Of a stretch of DNA of 64,000 nt, positions 24,901 through 37,281 are shown in pieces (within the stretch, counting starts at the first letter, position 1; each line of letters opens with the position of its first letter). The position numbers and the translations under genes are program-made. The notes below the pieces were generated by a model. The model worked only from the letters and a program-made list of their open reading frames with translations. It was not told the DNA's origin and made no database searches. The DNA is from Ramazzottius varieornatus (lineage: Eukaryota; Animalia; Tardigrada), in contig BDGG01000005.1 of the NCBI GenBank assembly GCA_001949185.1, positions 1,663,249-1,727,248 on the forward strand, in the 5' to 3' direction.

Positions 24901-26714
24901 TCTTCGCTCTCAGGTCCTTTCGCGCACCATACGCAGGATGGGTCGATTTGACAGGACTGACGTTTGCTGTAGTCTTTCATACAGTGATCGCTGTTCGAAG
25001 TAACGAAATCAGGCAGCTGCAGGGATGACATCTTCGCCGTAACAGAGTGCTCCGTTCCGCCGAAGAGGAGTAACTGGCCTGCGAACAGCGTCGCTGTATG
25101 AGCGAACCTGTTCACTTCCGGTACTGTCAAATTCTTCTCGTCGAAGAAACTTCCAGTTAGGAACATCTGGCATTCTAGATGGTAGAAGTGGACACTTCCG
25201 CGTTCGCATGACTTTCCTCCATTCGCTACATATCCGCCGGATATGACCATGTAGCTTCCGACTAACGTAGCTTGGTGAAAGACTAGCTGCAAACTTGGGA
25301 CTCTGGCATTGACGCCGTACTGTGGACTGATGGAGGTCCATATCTGTTCTCGAATGTTATAAAAGAAAAGGTAATGCGCAGCGGAAGATACTCGAAATCC
25401 TCCAAAGACCACCAGGCTATGCAAAGGCCGATAGTAGATCGTTGAGTGACCAGCGGTTGCGATGACCAAGTCCAGATCAGAGTTCCTCGGACGTTCGGTC
25501 CTCCAAGAGCTCTTCGCAAAAGACCACACCTACCAAAAATCATCGATACAATATTTTCCAATTTGGCTGCTATTTGGGAAGTGGGCAAATGAATTCTCCC
25601 AGATCATTAGTCCAAGGGACGCATGTTCCCAGCAAGTAACGAGAACTACGTGCGCCACTTGAGATGACGATCTTGGTTGAACCATTTGCCAACGTCCCAT
25701 TTAAATCAAGCTACGCTCACTTACGAAGATTATGGACGAGAGAGAGCCGTTTTTCAAATAGCCACCGACCAGGAAGATTTCATCACCAACGAGGGTGGCC
25801 GAATGACCAGCCAATGCAGGTACAAAGTCGTTATACAGCAAGGTCCATGTTCTCGTCGTGAAGTTAAACACCCAAAAGTCGTCTAGAATGTTCGCGTCTT
25901 TGTCTACACCGCCAAAGACGTGAAAGGAATCGTTCATAACCACAGCCGAATGCAGATACCGCGCTGACGGTTCCTTTGCGGAGATTTGAACACTCGACCA
26001 GGTTTCACCTCGAATATCAAACCCATCGAGGTCGCTGACGACGGAAGTTCCATTCGAGCCACCGAAGACCCAGACTGTGCGATTATACAGCACAGCCGAA
26101 TGTCCGGCTCTGCCCGTGGATACCTTCTTCAGATCGAGTAGAGCGAAATGGTGGTTTACAGTGGACAGATCGGTCGAGTCCGAAAGCTTCACACAGGGGT
26201 TGTTCGGACACCTTATATCGCAGTCTTTGGGTGTTGAGCTCGAGCAGTTCTCATGGCAAGAACAGACGAGTACTTCAAACGTCGCGACGAAAGTACTCAG
26301 CTCCGAACACGACGCTACGATACTCACGGTGAGTTTCGGTGTGAAGGACACCACAACGACAGGATGTATTTCGGACCCGGATAAGGTGGCGAGTACTTCG
26401 CTGGAGTCTGGCTCGCCTTCGTGGACCTGTATGCAGTTTTGTAGTTCGCAGCTTCCGCCAACTTGAGTGACATTGAGGAAGATATTCGTGCCCAAGCTCG
26501 ATCCGTCGATAAACCACTGACATGCCAGAGACCTTTTGGAGAAAGATCGATAGAGCAGAGTTCCGTTATGTTGGTCGTCGATGATGTGTCGGGAGGAACC
26601 ATTCCGCGAGCACTCACTCTCGAACACTGCGCCTTCTGATCCACCAGTCCAGAATATAGCTAGAAATATGACGATCCCACAAACATGATAGGGACTATTC
26701 GTCGAAGGGACCAT
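15975..26714 (-). CDS. MEGF8: Multiple EGF-like domains protein 8 (signal peptide, CUB, Kelch, PSI, EGF, laminin-EGF, TM); multi-exon
   Basis: Signal peptide at 26714; CUB, Kelch repeats (GHSAVLYNRTVWVFGG), PSI and EGF exons; TM segment QDQPHIDLFVFFSVFFSCFFLFLAACVVLWK typical of MEGF8. Confidence 0.93.
17857..17985. repeat. Family A palindrome (MEGF8 intron)
   Basis: ccagatcgttttccaagtggcgcac-N24-gagcgccacttaagacaacgatttgg. Confidence 0.85.
19055..19183. repeat. Family A palindrome (MEGF8 intron)
   Basis: aagtggcgcac-N25-gcgcgccacttgggaaaacga...tttgccgacgaccc. Confidence 0.85.
21821..21951. repeat. Family A palindrome (MEGF8 intron)
   Basis: aaatgggaggtcggcaaa...agtggcgcaa-N24-gtgcgccactt. 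Confidence 0.85.
23595..23715. repeat. Family A palindrome (MEGF8 intron) with covarying outer arms
   Basis: gggacatcggtagat...gtggcgcac-N25-gtgcgccac...atctaccggtgtccc. Confidence 0.85.
24246..24446. repeat. Family A doublet (MEGF8 intron), 72-bp period
   Basis: Two caagtggcgcaY-N25-RtgcgccRctYg cores within one pair of outer arms (aaatgggag ... ctcccat). Confidence 0.9.
25573..25702. repeat. Family A palindrome (MEGF8 intron)
   Basis: tttgggaagtgggcaaa...caagggacgcat-N25-gtgcgccacttgag...tttgccaacgtcccattt. Confidence 0.85.
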
Positions 26715-27478
26715 CGTTCGCCCCGACTAGAAGTTCTCCCTATGAGAACATAGGTAAACTCATAAGAATAATTATATAGTTCACCTCTATAATCTATATA
26801 CAGAAGATGCACATCCCGCAAATTGTTCTGACAACTGTTACATACTGCGAAGTCTATTGACACATATAGCTTACCTCATAGCTGCTTCAAGCGAGGTCCA
26901 GTGTGTCGGAGATGGTCTTGAGGAGCAACTCTTTATCTCAAGTACGGACCCATCTCAAAGATGACTTGATGCGTATATACATCTCCATATCCATCAGACT
27001 TCCTTGGACGATCCTCGACGCTGGTCCGCGAGCACATCGGTAACTCAGTACATAGTCGACACGACTGCCTTAGACCCGCAAGACGCAGCATCCACCAATA
27101 TCTTGGAAGGTAACATGCTGATGCTACGTCGAGAAAATTAATAAGATCTCATAATCGATAAAAGAGGAAAATAACTATCAAAAAATCCATATTTTGTAAT
27201 TGTAAAGAAACGGAAACCACACTACATGGCAGGCCGGATTGTGTGTCACGTAAATTGGCAGTCAATGAATCTGTGCGATCGAATTCACCGAAAAGTCCAC
27301 CATGAACTCGTACAAAAACATCGCAAACTTGCTACTGAACTTTAATGGGTTTTGATTTTTGAACTTTAGGCCTTTTTGTCATCAGAGTCTGCTCTTCTGT
27401 TCGAGATTAGAATTCCATTTCTGTCTACGTGAACACTAACCCAGACCTTTAGTCTTGTTAGGTTCGACGACTGGTGTC

Positions 27479-28900
27479 ATGGAGGAGAAGCCTGCTGAGC
27501 CAGCGCAAGAAGATGGAGCTGCACAGAACGAGGACGTCTTGAAGGCATTCCTATCCGAGGTTCGTAACACGCTTTCCATTTGTAAGAGCCATTCAGCTGT
27601 TTGAACCGTGGCCCGTGTGGAAACATTGGTGCTGGCCCGTTTCACCCAACTGTATCTGTTTTTCAGGTTAAAGAGATTGAGAAAGTCGATAGTCGTCTGA
27701 CACCAGGACAGCAAATCGAAAGACTGTGTCGTCCCGGAGCAACGTATGCCAACCTGAATCCCTTTGACGTTCTTCAGGTAACACCCGAGACGCCGTTGGA
27801 AGAGATTAAAAAGCAGTTCCGTCGATTGTCCATTTTAGTCCACCCGGACAAGAACCCTGATGATGCTGAGAAGTCACAGAAAGCGTTTGACGGTAAGGGC
27901 AGTGTTAAGATACTTACAGAGTACAGACTCTGATGTACTGTAGTGAGACTGTACGTGCATGTGCTTACGATGAGTTTAGCCTCGCCTTGTTGTGATATTA
28001 TTCGTTTCTTTTAGCTGTAGCCAAAGCTTGGAAAGTGTTGGAGAATGAAGAAGGTTACAAGCGCTGCATGGAGATTGTGGAAGAAGCGAAGGGGAGAACT
28101 GAACAAATGGTAAGCCTACTGTACGCACAGTATGTATAACAGCGAACCGGAAGTGATTAATTCGTGAAGCAGCCGTGACGTTCTGCTTTCCAGGTGAAGG
28201 AGAAGAAGAAAAAGTTGAAGAAGGAGGGAAAATCTTCGAACATCGAAGAAGATGATCCCGTTAAGGTAAGATGTTCTTCATTTGATCGCATCGTCCTCTT
28301 GCTGAGAAAGGGCATCTCTGTTGCAGTTTGACCACGCCGTGTATGTGCTGACAATGAAACTTTTTGCAGATGTAAGAAATGAAACCTTCAAAGTTTCACC
28401 ACTTGTATCGTATCATGGTAGTCGATGTAAGTGTGTATGTGAGGCTGAACAACATCTCTATTGTAGCTCGAACGAAAACGGAAGGAGCAAGAAATGAAAA
28501 ACGCCCATGAAAAGTAAGGTCTTTACACTAATCATTAGCTTTCCGTATGTCTACCATCTGTTTCGTGTCAGCTCATTCCGGCTAACACTGATCCATAATC
28601 TTCTGCAGGAAACGGAAGCATTTGGAGGAAGAAGGCGAGAAGGAGAAAGAGAAGGAGGATAAAGAGTGGGCGAAAAACTTTGAGGTACTTTTGTCCGTTC
28701 TACGTGTGGCATTTTTCATCACAATGCAACGTCGTTCTCTCGCTCTGCAGGCTTCTCGGGCACAACGAGTTGATAGCTGGCGGTCATTCCAAACCAACAA
28801 GAAAGCTTCTGCGCCAGCTCCGGTCGCTGCTCCTGTTCCTGCCCGCGCACGGCCGGGCTTTCTCAAACCTCCAAAGAACAAACCCGAGCAGCGACACTGA
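27479..28900 (+). CDS. DNAJC8: DnaJ homolog subfamily C member 8 (SPF31); multi-exon
   Basis: EVKEIEK...QQIERLCRPGATYANLNPFDVLQ...LSILVHPDKN; KEWAKNFEASRAQRVDSWRSF; FLKPPKNKPEQR. Confidence 0.93.
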
Positions 28901-30428
28901 CTAAGAACCATCATGTACCACAGACAGAGAGCGGAATTAGTTTACTGAAACGTTACTGCTCTTTTCCACCGCCAAGACTTAGTCCAGCCAGCACTCAGTT
29001 TCGCGCATTGGATTTCGTTTCGCTTGGGAACGTGTTAGAATCGTGTAGTACAAGTCGTACATCGACATGGCATTCTAATTTGTTCAGAAATCGAATTTAG
29101 TCTAGCGTAGCCAGAAAAATATCATTTCTTCAACTGTGGGGACTACAGTAATACCGCCGATCGTATAATTAAGTGTTTTAGCGGTCTTTGCCTATGATAT
29201 CATCGTTTTTCGCTCTAGTTCTTTGTGAACTCCAACTAATATCTTTGCTCCCAACTAGTTTCGGTTGCGTGTAGGAGTAGCACGTGAATGAGAATACAAA
29301 AACGAACATACTTTTATCACGATCCAAGAGTAGAAACTTGACACTTTCAAAAAGAGCGAAGCTCATAAACGAGGCTCCTCTAGCAGGAAAAGATCTAGCT
29401 ACTCGTGGATATCATGGTGAAGGCACCTTACGGCCCGCTACGCTTGTACACTGGAGCCATCGAAACTTGTGGTGGCCGGGTCTGCCAGGCTTCAACCGAG
29501 CAACTAATTCCTCGAAGTCATTCCGTTCTGCGCTGCTGTCTCCTCCAAGTCTCGTCTCCTCGTCTTGTCCGTTCCAGTTGAGCGACAAACTATCCGTACA
29601 AACTGGCGGACTCCTTCTGCCAAACACCTCCCAGTTACTGTAGAAGTCATCACCAGAGACAGCATTCGCGCCAGTTCACTTCAACCTTCTGAAACAGGAC
29701 TACCCTTAATTTCCATTTGGCAATAAGCTTTCGAGCCGAGTCTTGTTTGAAGTAGCAACGCCTCACTCGACGAAGGGTTTTCGCATCGACGGGCCTTCAG
29801 CACTGCCAGCTTGTCACAACCGTCGTCCAAGCCTGGCTCGCCACCATAGTTTTGTTGGTCGAGCGCGTACTGGAAAAAGACACCTGTTTGTTGCTCATAG
29901 CGAGTAAGTTTGTAGCAGGAGCAGCCACAACGGTACCGAAGACCGGTCTTCATGAACACGGAGGTCGGATTGTTCCCGCGGAAGAAATCGTGCAAAGTTT
30001 TTAGAGATACAATAAGTTTCGTACCTAACAGGTATGGAGAGACTGAAGCTTTACACTGCTGTCAGCCACCGCGGAAGGAGGAACCGCTCACCAACAGCTT
30101 TCTGCGGTTTCTGGACGTATCAAATCGTATGGTCTTTATTTTCGGTTCCGGTCCGACTAGGTATCTCAGCTCGAAATTCCGACGGAAATAACTGAGTGTA
30201 TGAATCACACAACCCTGCAAGGGCCATGCTTTTATCCACAAAGTCATACACGCCCTGTTAAGTTTTGCGTTTCGCGTTGGGAATGTTAACAGTGGACACG
30301 ATGTTATGTGAGTCAATGATCGGAAGTGAATAATTAGTGCAAGACTGGAGCGAACCGGGAAACGTAAGAACTGAGCAGATCATAAAGTTCCGAATTCGGA
30401 AATGGTAAGTCAACTGGTATGTCTTCAG

Positions 30429-32074
30429 TCATGCTGAGTCATGCACTAACTTGTAATGACTGGCTCCATCGGGCTGTAGGCGAGCAAGTCCATGCTCAAA
30501 GCCCTTCTTTTCCAGTACGCTCTCTCCCGCGAATTGGCTCTCTTCCTTGTTGGCCACACAGTCAAGGACTAGCTTATTCATGCCAATCGGAGGAGGTGGT
30601 TTTCCCAACAGTTGCCATTTGGCAGTTGCCAGAGCCAGGAAGAAGCAATCGCGCCAGTTCAGCTCGACCCTCTCAAAGAACACTCCAGTCGGTTCCCACT
30701 GCGGAATCAACTTTCTGACGAGGTCGTCGTGAAAGTACCGTCTTATCGCTTGACGGAGACTCTGCTCGCCTTTCGCGTTCATCCTTGTGATCCTTCCGGG
30801 GTCCCCATCGTTGTCCAAAGGATATCTATCCAAGAGACCCTTTAGCCACTGTAACTGCTGAAGTGGATACGGCCAAAAAAGTTTCCGTTTATCCATCTCC
30901 CGAAGAAGTCGAATATGACGTTCTACTTCCGCCGAATCTGGACGGATTTCAAACGAAAGATGCGGAATTTGAAGGGTGTAGAAATATGCATCGTTCCCCT
31001 CGCTTTTGAACACGTAGGGTGGTATGATGTTTTTGATACTAGGGAAAATGTGAAAGTGGTGAATAGAGCAGTCGTGGAGCACTACCCTCAGATTCCTCGG
31101 CCAGCGAGTGTGTCCGTTGAACAGCAGTATGCTCCTCTGAATGTCCGAGTTCAGGAAGAGTAGCCCGGTCAACATCAGTGAGCGGATGTAGCTATGTTTC
31201 AGGAGATACTCGTGAGAAAGGCGTGAATCTGTTCCCCTGTCAGCCTTTAGAAAGCTGTCCACCGCGTAGACTTGTGGGGGAAACCGGAAAATCAAGCGTC
31301 CGATTTTTTTGCATGTCTTCTGGTTTGTACTCAGCACGTGCCGTAGAGGCCTGGACACCCCTTTATCATGGTATTCTCTACATCGTAATGTTTACTGAAG
31401 TCGAAGTAGAGGCAGCGGTTGACTTCTGCATCCCAGTGAGATTGCATGGTCTCGTTCCATTCTCTGCATACTCTGAAATAAGGCGACAAATTATCTCCAG
31501 CCTACACAGGTAAATTATTATGGAACTTTACTGCGCTTTTCTCTGTCGTCGCATACCTGCGGAGTCGGCTGCGGTAGATTACGTCGAAGTAAGACAGAAT
31601 GTCCACCTGGAGGTCTCGATGAATGCAGTCCCAGCTCGCCTCCGATTCCATTGGTGAATATTCCTCCACCGTTCTCAAGCGAACGCAGAAATCATCCATA
31701 TACTAAAGTTAGAATTTCGTCAGCCAGGTTTGCAAGGTTTTGCGAGGTTGTGCGTCCTGAGATCGTCGGACAGGGTGGATACTCGTATATACTGTATAGA
31801 GTGCATGGCTATTCTTACGGAATCTTACCTGCCACTGCTTGTCATGCATCGCCAAGTCCATGGCAGCCCTGGTAAAGAAAATCACTCTCCATGTCGGGCT
31901 GCCATGATTTCCTTTCACCGCTTCGCATCTTTCAGAAATGATAGGCGAGATGAAGTCCTCGATTCTGCTGCGATTGCAGTCCGCAGGTAATCCATTCGCC
32001 AGAAGAACAAATCTCCCTTGCTGATTCCAGAGGTTGTTACGCGCCTTGTTTAGTTTAGTAAGTCGGATTAGCAC
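30429..32074 (-). CDS. Lineage-specific protein with an RRM-like segment and an F-box; 5' end unclear, possibly a pseudogene
   Basis: FVLLANGLPADCNRSRIEDFI...WRVIFFTRAAMDLAM is RRM-like; spliced WDCIHRDLQVDILSYFDVIYRSRLRRVCREWN is F-box-like; long exon 30429-31270 has no recognisable domain; no in-frame ATG immediately upstream. Confidence 0.5.
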
Positions 32075-32175
32075 AGTGGTCAGCCAATCAGATCAGGCGA
32101 GGGAGGCTGAGCTGAACGCATTGAACCCACCATGCTCTGCACATTTCTGATCGGTGCTTAGCGCGTACAGCACAC

Positions 32176-32595
32176 TACTGTATTCTCTCCGGTAATCTCC
32201 GTACGTCACTTGAACGGTTTCTACAAACGATGTAACAGTGAAATTGCGGTGTACGTCACAGCGGCAAACCGTGTCGTCCTCACACTCAATCAAGCATAAG
32301 CAATTAATCGTAAGTGTGATTCGCATTGTGCTATTTGTTGCATTCTTTCTAGAAAAACTTTTTTGTTCAGGTCATACTTTGATTTCTAACCTGCTTGTAC
32401 GATTACTGTGAAGGATGAGTAGATTGAGGAACCGAGCTTAGAAACTTCGCTTCGGAAGAGTAAGTCAGTGTTCACAAATTTTCGTCAGAATGACCTAGTA
32501 AGGTGACGTAAATCAAAAGCTGGCAGTTTGCTTCGGAAACTCCCTAACATAAATATCGGCTGTGACGTACGGAGATTACCGGAGAGAACACAGTA
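32176..32595. mobile_element. MITE with ~32-bp terminal inverted repeats flanked by TA (Tc1/mariner-type target)
   Basis: tactgtattctctccggtaatctccgtacgtcac (32176-32209) vs gtgacgtacggagattaccggagagaacacagta (32562-32595): 33/34 reverse-complement match including terminal TA. Confidence 0.7.
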
Positions 32596-32989
32596 AGCCC
32601 TGTTTAGTAAAAAGTGGTTAGTGGCCTAGTCATGTTCCACCGGGGGCATTGACTACTATATAGCAGCCATGATGCTACTTGTATCCGTAAACTTTACCTG
32701 TCGTCTACTTCACGGCGTCTTTTGACTTTTTCCAACGGGCAAGTTTCGAATTTCTACCTCACAGTCCCAGTCTCACTGGGAAATGTCTTTTTGCTTGTTG
32801 TCACGATCGTTTCATCGACCCGCCCATAGTAGACAACTCGTGCATGAAACACAGAACCATAGCTGACTAGAAAACCAGCTCGAAGTTCGACGCCGCGTTG
32901 AAAAAAACGTGGCTAGCAGCTTTGGAAACGATTCGCAAGCAGCATTCGAAAGACAAAAGCGCTTTCTTTTCCGATGTAGAATATAGCAT

Positions 32990-33300
32990 CAAGACTACAG
33001 CTGAAACTGCAGTTTCCAAAATGCTCCAGTCTCTGATCAAAACTACAGTTAAATCTACCGTCGATGTCAGCTTACTGGACGTGCGCGCACAACTACAGTT
33101 GACGGTGCCGTTAACCGTGGCTTTGAGCTGCTCATCTATACGACTGTAGGTTTAACTGTAGCGTTGGCTATTTTCTTTATTTGCTATGAACAGTAGCTTT
33201 TAACTGGAGCTTTGTTTCCACAGCCTTTTAGTAGTTCGACTTCGCACACTCTGACTTTAACTGTAGCTTTGTGTACAGAGCTTTAACTGCCTCTTCAACT
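32990..33300. repeat. Degenerate foldback built from ~12-bp ACTACAGTTAAA-like subrepeats, centred near 33106
   Basis: actacagttaaatctaccgtcg (~33042) pairs with cgactgtaggtttaactgtagc (~33141); further actacag / ctgtag units on each side; central gttgacgg-tg-ccgttaac. Confidence 0.55.
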
Positions 33301-35445
33301 GCTGGTTCGCGACTGCCGTTGTACGTACGTTGCACTAAGCTAAATCGAGTCTTGCATAAGGGGTCGCAACCTCTGCGTGTTTAGTGTAGCTAGTGGGCGG
33401 AGTCTGATTGCTGTGCTGATTCAAAACAGTAAACTAAACTAGGCAAGTATCAACCTCTCTATTGTCTCCTTCCCCAACGATGGTTTCGAAGTCCGTTTCC
33501 CTGCGGTAGTCCATGTACTAGGAGTTGTAGTGAGAAGCAATCCCTTCTTCCATTGTCGTCGGTACAGGAATAGGTCACAGGTGTTTTCTTTCGATGGAGC
33601 CGTGCGAAGTAGCTTCAAGTAGCAATTGATTACTAGCTCCGAAGTCAGAAGTCCGGAGAATTTTGAATTGCCCCCCGGCGTATTCGGAATGGGTAGGAGG
33701 CGAGGTGTCATGCGACGCAGCTTGGCCTGAATGAGTATGGTGAGCCGCGCGACTCAAAATTCAACAGTACTTTCACCGCGGGTGCATCGTACCAGGCTCA
33801 AGGCTGTACTTACCAACCCGTTCCGCAAAGAAGCGGAAGACACTAAGACTTATCAGAGTCCTCACGTCGAACCCAGCCACGGCTCACGTTTCCGCCTTCT
33901 GCGTAGATCCGCTCCTGTGACATGTGGTTCCGGCTGAAGAAACTTTAAAAGTGCTGAAAGAGACACGAAAGAAATCGCACAGTTCAGGCATGAGGAGCCT
34001 CAAACGGACTCCACAGTCAGCCACGGAGGACGCTAGAGAAGCCCAACAAGAGTTGCAATGGTTCCTCGCTTCCGAGTTTTAGGTGGGCTACTTTACTTCC
34101 TTCACCGGATTTCTGGTCGCAGCAGCTGAGCCGAGAACCGGGTGCGATTGCAGTTTATCCGCGTAGCTTAATATTTTGTCGCACGTCCAAAAAACTGAAA
34201 ATTTTGCACGGATGGATACAACTTTTCTTGCCAGAGCAGCGCTCGTGCTCTCGTTTTGGGGGCTGGAAACAACCGCGTGTACTTTGAATTTGATCAATCG
34301 CAGTATGATACGTCATCGCTTGTTACCCACCTCGATTTTCCCCGAACAGCGAACGTGGGCTGATCAAAAGGCACGTAAGCTTTCAAGTGTTCGTTATCTC
34401 CGATTCTGAGTACAGTATGAAACTGCGATATCGACTTCCAGCTACGCCCGGCACAACATGACCAATCCCTTTGTGTTCGCGTTTGTGCAGGTATAAAGTT
34501 TGTGAACCTTCCGTGAATCTACAGGCTGTGGAAGTCTTAGTTCCTAAACCTAGAAGGCAGTCCATCGGACAGGTAAAGCTTTTCGAGTCCTTCGAGGCGG
34601 AATAATATTAGTCCGCGAACATGGCACAGGCCAAAACGATGCTGTGCATTGTCGTTATGGCTCTTGGATTGTTGCTCATTGTACAGTAGCTACAGTTGAT
34701 GCGGCATGTTTTGGGGTTGGATGGGGAGGAAGCTCCGGAAGCTGCTTCGACTTCGGGCCAGCCTACTACTGTTCCAACTTTGGACGTCCACCAAACAATC
34801 GCTGCCGCTGCACCAACAGATTCGGCCGATCCCCGACGAGTAAAGCTTACTTTAGAGCGGCCAAAGAAGCAAGCAAAACATCTTTGTGCACATTCAAGAG
34901 TTCGCCATCCGGAAGACGAACGCTGACCACCCTGCGAAGAAAGCGACTTCCAAATACTGTAGTATCAGATATATTTTACGGCAAAATGGGAAAGAATCAG
35001 ACTTACGAGGAAGTGAAAGCCGACTTGAGAGGAGCAGGTTTGCCGAACGGAAGTTTCGACTTCTTTTCGTTGGCCATGTAGAAAGTCATGTCGGCAATTT
35101 CCTCTCCAGAGAGCAGCTTATCCTGCAAGTTACGGTATTCGGTCGAAAAGAACAGCGGGATATTGTTATGAACGTGCCTGTTTTGTTATGTTATGGTGTG
35201 GAACTCTGTGAGGGACATTCGAGGAAACGAAAGGAGATGGAACATTCCATCGAAAACCTGTCGAAGGTTTTTGCGGTTATTAACCGAACCTCCTCTGCGC
35301 AAGCATTCAGCTTCCCCCCATCTAAAGAACCATAGGATCTGTACGACACGAGTTTTACAATCGAATTTGACGCATGATACCCCTATTGCAAGTCGTATCA
35401 TGACTTTAAACCGTCAGAAGTGACAGACTAATTTTCAGTCGTAAC

Positions 35446-36464
35446 TTACATTACTGCTCCGTTGTAAATGTCAGTTTCTGGAAGCTTGTTTGCGCCTTCC
35501 GGGTTGGTATCGTGCTGCCAGATGGAGGTTAGATGCTCCAACGACAAATTTATGAAGTATTCCTCCTTCTGAGAAAGCTTCCACGCGTTGCATGCGAGAA
35601 AGTCTGAGCAGTGCTGGTCAATCACTTCATCGTCGTACAGATCATTCTGAAACCCAGAAAGGACCGCCATACTGTACGTCGAATACGGTAGCAACCGATC
35701 TCAGGCACACAAACACATGATTATGATCTGAAAACCGTACCAGCTCCAAGAATTCCCCAAGTTTTTCCATCGAGATGCAGTCCTTTACTTTCTGGGCACA
35801 TAGCTTCTTTAACGGACCAATGTCGTACTTATCCGCCAAGCGATACATTTCAATGATACTATCCTGGTTGATCCCGTCAGAGCTGTCGCGGTAGATGAAC
35901 CTGAAAATGAGAGCGCTTTCGTAACACGTTATTCACACTACGAAACAGCATGCATCCAGATGACAATACTTGGGACGTGGGAAAATTTTTTGAATCAGAT
36001 CGTTTTCCCGATGCGGCGAACACTTTCGGGCAATAACAATGAAATGTGCGCCACTTGAGATCACACTTTTGTTCAGTTCATTCGCAAGGTCCCAGTCCAG
36101 CTTACTCGAGTATCAGCTTGAAAATATCCGGGTCACAGTCCACCAGTTCGATGATCTCCTTCTGCTCTGCCACTGGTCCGTAGAACATGGCGGCAAAGAC
36201 GGGACTGCGCGAAGCCAACAAATTCCTGTAGATCAAGGAGCAACAGGTGGCTGAATGGTACGAAGGGACGATACAGCACAAAGTACAGTGGCTTTATTGT
36301 GCTTACCGATGAGCCTTGATGTCCTCCATTTGGCCAGCAGCTCCCACCCGGAAGATCACATCGCAAAACTGGTTCTTTTGGAAGAGGGATCCCACCATTG
36401 AAGTGACGCTGCTGACCACGTTCTGCCATGAAGTCTCCACTTGCTGCTCGACGTTCTTTAACAT
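35446..36464 (-). CDS. BTB/POZ domain protein; 4 exons
   Basis: CDVIFRVG...IKAHRNLLASRSPVFAAMFYGP...IELVDCDPDIFKLILEFIY...LADKYDIGPLKKLC. Confidence 0.88.
35970..36062. repeat. Family A palindrome, degenerate (BTB gene intron)
   Basis: agatcgttttccc...gcggcgaac-N24-gtgcgccacttgag. Confidence 0.75.
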
Positions 36465-36748
36465 AGTTGGTGGTTGAAGCTGTTCGGTTTTACCCCGTGA
36501 GCTAGACACCGCCAAACCTGGATATCGTATGTCAAAAGTACAAGAACGTTTAGTCTACAAAAGATTTGCCTGGTTTAGAAGTGGTTTCGAATGGACAAAC
36601 CGGGAAGAGAAAGCGACAACAAAGGGAATTCCGCACGGCAAATGCGATCATGGAATTTCGAACTGGTGAGCTTGATTGCTTGATTACGTTTGTTCAGTCC
36701 TAAATATTTTTCGGTTTGAACAATCACAATATCGGTCATGTGGTTTAA

Positions 36749-37281
36749 CACTTTCAGCATGATCGTTTTCATGTTTGCAGAATACTACCGTCATCTTTGT
36801 GTATACAGGAATTTAATTGACTGGTACCGTTTTGCGGAGGCTGGTCCAACCAATACGCAATTTTCGAAATTTCAAAATTCGGATAATTGTCAGGCCATGA
36901 ACGCCAAATCTCAAAAGGGAGAACTGGTCGTCTTGATTTTCTTCTGACCGCACTGATGACTACAAAATTTATCCCAGGCTCGGCTTCGATAGATAAGACT
37001 GTCCCCAGTGCTCCAGTTTTTTCTAATCGTAAGCGAATACCGAGCACGTGTCTCGCGCGAAGAGACGAAACACCAAATTTCACCAAAACCACCCGAAACC
37101 GTAGAAAAGATTTCCAGCGTGCTGGGGGTTTGCTGACCGCTGGTCATTAGTGTTGCTTTGGTGAGAAGACCGAGGTACATGCAAAGAAAAAGACCCAGAC
37201 CCGAAAGACCAAAAGCTAAAACTGGGAGGTGAATAAAACCGAGTGATTGTATACACAAAGAGGACGGTCGTACGCAGAGTG
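36749..37281. mobile_element. Non-autonomous piggyBac-type MITE, copy 1 (533 bp)
   Basis: TTAA at 36745-48 and 37282-85; ends CACT...AGTG; asymmetrically placed subterminal inverted repeat tacNaccgtcNtctttgtgtatac; near-identical second copy at 48643-49174. Confidence 0.85.

Noticed and set aside
25530-25724. Family A as an introner that creates introns
   Set aside because: Element ends lie 10 to 50 or more nt inside the splice sites, and the flanking intron sequence differs between copies.
36769-37258. Duplicated short ORFs also seen at 48584-49109
   Set aside because: They are chance frames inside the MITE with no transposase motifs.
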